Source of the DNA: Chiloscyllium plagiosum
Lineage: Eukaryota
Length of the DNA stretch: 52,784 nt
Reading direction: 5' to 3'
NCBI RefSeq assembly: GCF_004010195.1
Contig: NC_057720.1
Coordinates: forward strand, 15,271,911-15,324,694
Shown: positions 49,680-52,784 of the stretch, one piece after another
Numbering within the stretch: the first letter of the stretch is position 1
Layout of the letters: every line of letters starts with the position of its first letter
The notes under the pieces: model-generated
Told to the model about the DNA's origin: nothing
Seen by the model: the letters and a program-made list of their open reading frames with translations, nothing else
The model's database searches: none
Position numbers and translations under genes: made by a program

Positions 49680-49960
49680 AACATAGAAAATAGGAGCAGG
49701 AGTAGACCATTTGGTCCTTTGAGTCCGCTATTCAATATGTTCAAGGCTGATCACCCACCTCAGTCTCCTTGTTCCTGCTTTCTCCCCATATCTTTTGATT
49801 CCCTTTAATAATGATAACTATACCTAACTCCTTCTCGAAACATTCAATGTTTTGGCCTCAATTGCTTTCTGTAGCAGACCATTTCTCAGACTCACCACTG
49901 TCTGGGTGAAGACATTTCTCCTCATCTTAGTCCATAATGGCCCACCCTGTATCCTTAGGC
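49680..49960 (-). mobile_element. CR1 3' fragment
   Basis: CATAGAAAATAGGAGCAGGAGTAGACCATT, similar to the 3' end at 11545-11800. Confidence 0.75.
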
Positions 49961-51625
49961 CGAAGAGTTTTCTGTACGGAGAGGTAGCCAAAGTCAGATG
50001 ACCAGTAGGATACTCAAAGCTCCACTTGAAGGATTATATGAAAACCCTAAACATTGATCTTCATGAGACATGAACCGACGAGAGAAGGAAATAGTGACAC
50101 CATCTATGGGCTGGCATGTGCCAACATGATGATTGGTAGCTACAGCATAGAGTTACAGAACCATACAGCACAGAAACAGACTGTTTGATCTAACCAGTCC
50201 AGGCTGACCATAATCCCAAACTAAACTGCATTTGGCCCGTATCCCTGCAAATATTTCTTAACCATGTACTTCTCTAAATGTCCTTTAGGTAATTGTACCT
50301 GTATCTACCACTTCCTCAGGAAGTTCATTCCACACATGAACCAGCTTAGCAACAGGTACCAAGACCAAAAATGACATCCCGCGCCAGCACTTGGCACACG
50401 GTATTTGAGGCAAAACCGACTTCTCGTGGAGTGGTTTCTTCAGCTCCCCCAAGCCCGAAGGATTTGATTTGCTGCATGGCCATCCTCTGAGACAGATGGA
50501 AAATCAGATAAATGGGCGATTTGTGGGTATCCTTCAAAAGAATGAGAGCAGACCAACAGCAAGTTGCATTGGTATAGCACCTTTAACATGGAGTTATACA
50601 TCGGAAGCTGTCATGATTGGGAAACTGAATAACTTGGCCCTGAAATGTAGGAAGATGAGAGGTGATCTTGTTGAAACAAGCAAGATTCCAACAGGGCTTC
50701 AAACTGAGAGTTAGTATCCATTGGCTGTAGAAATTAGAACATGGGGCAAGTGTCTAATCATTTGAAATGGGTTGTGCTCCTCTGTTAAGAGTTGCTCTGT
50801 AACTGATGACGAGAGATTGTTTTACCTTGTCTCATGTAAACAGCAGTGAAGGAACTAGGTGTGTAGAAACTCTCAAGCATTTGTTGATTAGTGTATCAAC
50901 AAGTGGAGTTGGCACATGGTACATGGAGTTCCCTCTGTGCATCCAGTCACGCTCAGATGACAGGATCACCTATTAGCAGAACAACTCACATACAGGTTGG
51001 GGTCTTAACACAGATCTGAACTCGGAGCAGGAGTAGATCCTTTGGCTCCCAAGTGTGTCAAAGCTTCTGCTCACAATCAAGGTTTGTCGCCACCATTGTC
51101 TTTTACTGCGGGAAACTACAAGGACCTCCTTGGTTTAGTGCGGTCGAAGAAAGCCACCTTCTGTTCTAACTAGACAAAGTCTCTTATGGTTAATGAGATA
51201 TAGTTTACTGCATGTAAAACAACAACAATTTTTATCTGATTTAAAATATGCATTTTAAGTGAATTAACCATTAAAATCAAGAATCAGGTGTAATTCAGTT
51301 GGTAGTGATCACTGGGAAGGATCATTGTGTGAGTGACCACTGAGATGGTCCAATGTGTGAGGGGTCAGTCAGTGAATGACCACTGGGACAGACCATTGTG
51401 TGAGGTGTCACTCATGGAGTGACCATCGGATGGACCACTGTGTAAGGAGTCAGTGAGTGGGTGACCACTGAGATGGCCCATTGTGTGAGGAGTCAGTGAG
51501 TGACCACTGGGAGGGAGCATTGTGTTAGGTGTCAGTCATGGAGTGACCACCGGATGGACCACTGCGTAAGTATGGTCAGTGAGTGACCATGAAGAGAATC
51601 ACTGTGCTGAGGGGTTGGTCAATCA

Positions 51626-52784
51626 GTGACCATTGAGAGTACCCAGTACTGAGGGATCAGTGAATGAGTGACCATTGTGAGTACCCAGTACGAGGGGATC
51701 AGTGAGTGAGTGACCATTGTGAGTACCCAGTACTGAGGGATCAGTGAGTCAGTGACCATTGTGAGTACCCAGTACTGAGGGATCAGTGAGTGAGTGACCA
51801 TTGTGAGTACACAGTACTGAGGGATCAGTGAGTGAGTGACCATTGTGAGTACACAGTACTGAGGGATCAGTGAGTGAGTGACCATTGTGAGTACACAGTA
51901 CTGAGGGATCAGTGAGTGAGTGACCATTGTGAGTACACAGTACTGAGGGATCAGTGAGTGAGTGACCATTGTGAGTACACAGTACTGAGGGATCAGTGAG
52001 TGAGTGACCATTGTGAGTACACAGTACTGAGGGATCAGTGAGTGAGTGACCATTGTGAGTACACAGTACTGAGGGATCAGTGAGTGAGTGACCATTGTGA
52101 GTACACAGTACTGAGGGATCAGTGAGTGAGTGACCATTGTGAGTACCCAGTACGAGGGGATCAGTGAGTGAGTGACCATTGTGAGTACCCAGTACGAGGG
52201 GATCAGTGAGTGAGTGACCATTGTGAGTACCCAGTACTAGGGGATCAGTGAGTGAATGACCATTGTGAGTACCCAGTACTAGGGGATCAGTGAGTGAATG
52301 ACCATTGTGAGTACCCAGTACTAGGGGATCAGTGAGTGAGTGACCATTGTGAGTACCCAGTACTAGGGGATCAGTGAGTGAATGACCATTGTGAGTACCC
52401 AGTACTAGGGGATCAGTGAGTGAATGACCATTGTGAGTACCCAGTACTAGGGGATCAGTGAGTGAATGACCATTGTGAGTACCCAGTACTAGGGGATCAG
52501 TGAGTGAATGACCATTGTGAGTACCCAGTACTAGGGGATCAGTGAGTGAATGACCATTGTGAGTACCCAGTACTAGGGGATCAGTGAGTGAATGACCATT
52601 GTGAGTACCCAGTACTAGGGGATCAGTGAGTGAATGACCATTGTGAGTACCCAGTACTAGGGGATCAGTGAGTGAATGACCATTGTGAGTACCCAGTACT
52701 AGGGGATCAGTGAGTGAATGACCATTGTGAGTACCCAGTACTAGGGGATCAGTGAGTGAATGACCATTGTGAGTACCCAGTACT
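51626..52784. repeat. 42-bp minisatellite, ~27 copies, runs off the window; degenerate related units at ~51300-51625
   Basis: Unit GTGAGTGA(G/A)TGACCATTGTGAGTAC(A/C)CAGTAC(TGA/GAG/TAG)GGGATCA. Confidence 0.97.

Noticed and set aside
51619..52221. 200-aa repetitive ORF (MVTHSLIPQYCVLT)n as a protein gene
   Set aside because: By-product of a 42-bp (3n) unit; neighbouring variant units put a TAG in this frame.
51626..52784. CRISPR array
   Set aside because: Head-to-tail near-identical units with no unique spacers, no cas genes, vertebrate context.

Overview
Eukaryotic, repeat-dense vertebrate DNA with three N-gaps. The repeat families (HER1-like CR1 LINEs, HE1-like V-SINEs) point to a cartilaginous fish (shark); this is inference. 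The only host gene recognised is the 3' part of ZNF326 (DBIRD subunit, AKAP95-type zinc fingers). It has five phase-compatible coding exons on + (10591-10738, 13474-13576, 18568-18698, 19321-19416, 21682-21822) and an AATAAA at 22477; the ORF track does not resolve these exons. The rest is nested CR1 LINEs, a second CR1/L2-group LINE with a SINE sharing both of its ends, a Rex-Babar-like fragment, tRNA-derived SINEs, Penelope-like elements (RT + GIY-YIG), and a 42-bp minisatellite running off the right edge. The main hidden signal is a set of minimal type-I hammerhead ribozyme motifs in the Penelope terminal repeats. They come from several subfamilies with different helix II sequences that all keep pairing, and one family has a compensatory U3-A8 core (UUGACAA). 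Several sit in short, TSD-flanked, often fold-back mini-elements. Repeat-free stretches in ZNF326 intron 12230-13470 and at ~47300-48900 are candidate conserved regulatory sequence.
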